The translations under genes were made by a program, and so were the position numbers. Below the pieces are notes generated by a model. That model did not search any database, had not been told where the DNA came from, and saw only the letters and a list, made by a program, of their open reading frames with translations. This document shows, piece by piece, positions 49,781 to 51,522 of a stretch of 51,522 bases of DNA (position 1 is its first letter; every line of letters starts with the position of its first letter). The DNA lies in assembly GCF_001194135.2 (NCBI RefSeq), contig NC_068997.1, positions 5,993,472 to 6,044,993 on the forward strand, written 5' to 3'. Source of the stretch: Octopus bimaculoides. Lineage: Eukaryota.

Positions 49781-51341
49781 CTGTTGGAGGAACAGTAGAA
49801 GGAGGAAGAAGATAAGAAGAAAAATGATGTAATATGAGTCAAAGAGGAAGTTAAAACCCTGTTGGTTGATTTACTAGGAATAGCAGTGAAATTTCCCCCA
49901 AACCATGCCTTGTCATCTTTTTGAAAAGAATATATTAGATGATGCAGTTCTAGATACGCTATGCCTGAAAACAAAAACTATGATTATCCATGGTTAGAGT
50001 GCCTTTGGTCATAGTTCTACTGGTTTGGATTAAACATCAACAACAACCACAATAGCTGCAGCAGCAACAGTAGCAACAACAGCAGCAGCAGCAGAGGCAG
50101 TGGCAATACAAACATGAAACAAGGGATTAGTAGTACGAATGATGCTATAGGGATGGTTGCAAAATTCAAAATTCTCAAGGGTACAAAATTTCATAAGAAA
50201 AAGACATCAACTAAAAGCAAAGAAATAACAATGGTTTCAAATTTTGCACAAGGCTAGCAATTTCGGGGGAGGGATAAATCAATTCCATCAACCTCAGTGC
50301 TAAAGTGGTACTTATTTTATCGACCCCGAAAGGATAAAAGGCAAGGTCGACTTCAACAGTATTTGAAATCAGAATGTAAAGGCAGATGAAATGCCACTAA
50401 GCATTTTGCCCGGTGCGCTAACGATTCTACCAGCTCGTCGCCTACCTCTTTCAAATTTTGGCACAAGGCCAACAGTTTTGGGGGAGGGATTAAGTCGATT
50501 ACATCAACCTCCAAAAGGATGAAAGGCAAAATAAACCTCGCCGCAATTTGCCAAAGAAGCAATAAGGCTTTTCTACTATATTTGCCCTACTTCAGGTGCT
50601 GGTAAATTACGCTACACCACTGCATGCAATCTGACATTGGAATACAGGATAGAAGGCAAAAACGGCATCTTGTGCTAATGGCATGGTAAACGGTGTAAGA
50701 GAACTTCAAACAGGATTCGATCGTAGATGTCTTCATTACAAAGATGGTTCTGTTTGAATTTCCATATGATTTTGTTTAATCACAACATAACATTTTATCT
50801 TTATTTTTAGGGTCTCTAAGCAGTTGCTCGACTTGGCAGAAATAGCAGGCGAATCTGCAGACTACACCTTGTCATCTTTAAAAAAAGTGGGGGCCTTATG
50901 CATGCAGGGTTATGGGTGGTTTCATCTGTTTGTTTATTACCTTCTGTTAATTTTTGTGCTGACTCTGTACGGTCTGTCTAGTGTCACTGAAATATTGTTG
51001 TTATTCTTTTCTGTATATACAGTGCCTCTAAGTTTCTTTTCATTGATTAATTCGCTGGTCAATTTGTGTCATTGTTTTGTTGAAGTCGGTATTGCCGTAC
51101 CTTTCTAGTTTCAGTAGTATTATGTTACTGGATATTTTCTCCTTTTACAATTCATATAGGTTTTAAAAATTAATTCTGGTGTCTGCAGTTTGACATCATC
51201 TCAGTTTTTCTGTTCAACAAGCATACTTCTGTAATTATGTTGTGCTTTTTGGCACTGCACAGGGTGCGTATATTGACAGTATGTATATATATTAATATTA
51301 AATATATATTAATATTAATACAATAGTACGTTCCTACTTAC

Positions 51342-51372
51342 CTTTTGTGTCATATTAAGTAAAGAAACTTCA
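51342..51372 (-). CDS. Candidate 31-nt micro-exon of the minus-strand gene
   Basis: TATTTCTTTTCCACTCTAG|TGAAGTTT...CAAAAG|GTAAGT. The only open frame (EVSLLNMTQK) ends in phase 0, matching the 49780 exon. Confidence 0.35.
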
Positions 51373-51446
51373 CTAGAGTGGAAAAGAAATAGCTGGTGGT
51401 TATGGTAGTGATGGTGACGGTGGTGATGTGTTGATAATGGGGAATG

Positions 51447-51522
<76 letters not shown>

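Noticed and set aside
49781-49974. ORF 49708-49974 as an extra exon of the minus-strand gene
   Set aside because: 49860-50040 matches a dispersed repeat also seen at ~42890-43090, and 49781-49830 is the polypyrimidine tract of the real acceptor.
50824-51108. Plus-strand 94-aa hydrophobic ORF
   Set aside because: It has a TTG start and no recognisable family, and its hydrophobicity follows from T-rich intronic sequence antisense to the minus-strand gene.
1-51522. CRISPR array, operon or other prokaryotic/phage system
   Set aside because: The sequence is intron-containing eukaryotic DNA, and there is no regular repeat-spacer array. The repeated units are dispersed SINEs and MITEs.

Overview
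This is AT-rich, repeat-dense eukaryotic genomic DNA with six assembly gaps. The SINE families resemble those of Octopus, so the taxon is an inference. The main gene is a class I fructose-1,6-bisphosphatase (FBP) on the + strand. It has six shared coding exons (34600-44875) and two paralogous, splice-compatible first coding exons: 1a at 13063-13223 and 1b at 29977-30131, which the ORF track missed. These would give 334-aa and 332-aa isoforms that differ only in the N-terminal AMP-allosteric and tetramer-interface segment, and this is the most interesting feature of the window. A convergent minus-strand gene contributes its last exons, encoding a furin site, a TM helix and a short tail; it is probably a ZP-domain-type protein. 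The rest is transposon debris: Tx1/L1, RTE, CR1 and R4/Dong LINE fragments, three related solo LTRs, hAT and pogo MITEs, foldback elements (some with TTAGGG-like cores), many SINEs and microsatellites. I found no prokaryotic system or CRISPR array. All alignments were done by eye, and repeat boundaries are approximate unless TIRs or TSDs are quoted.
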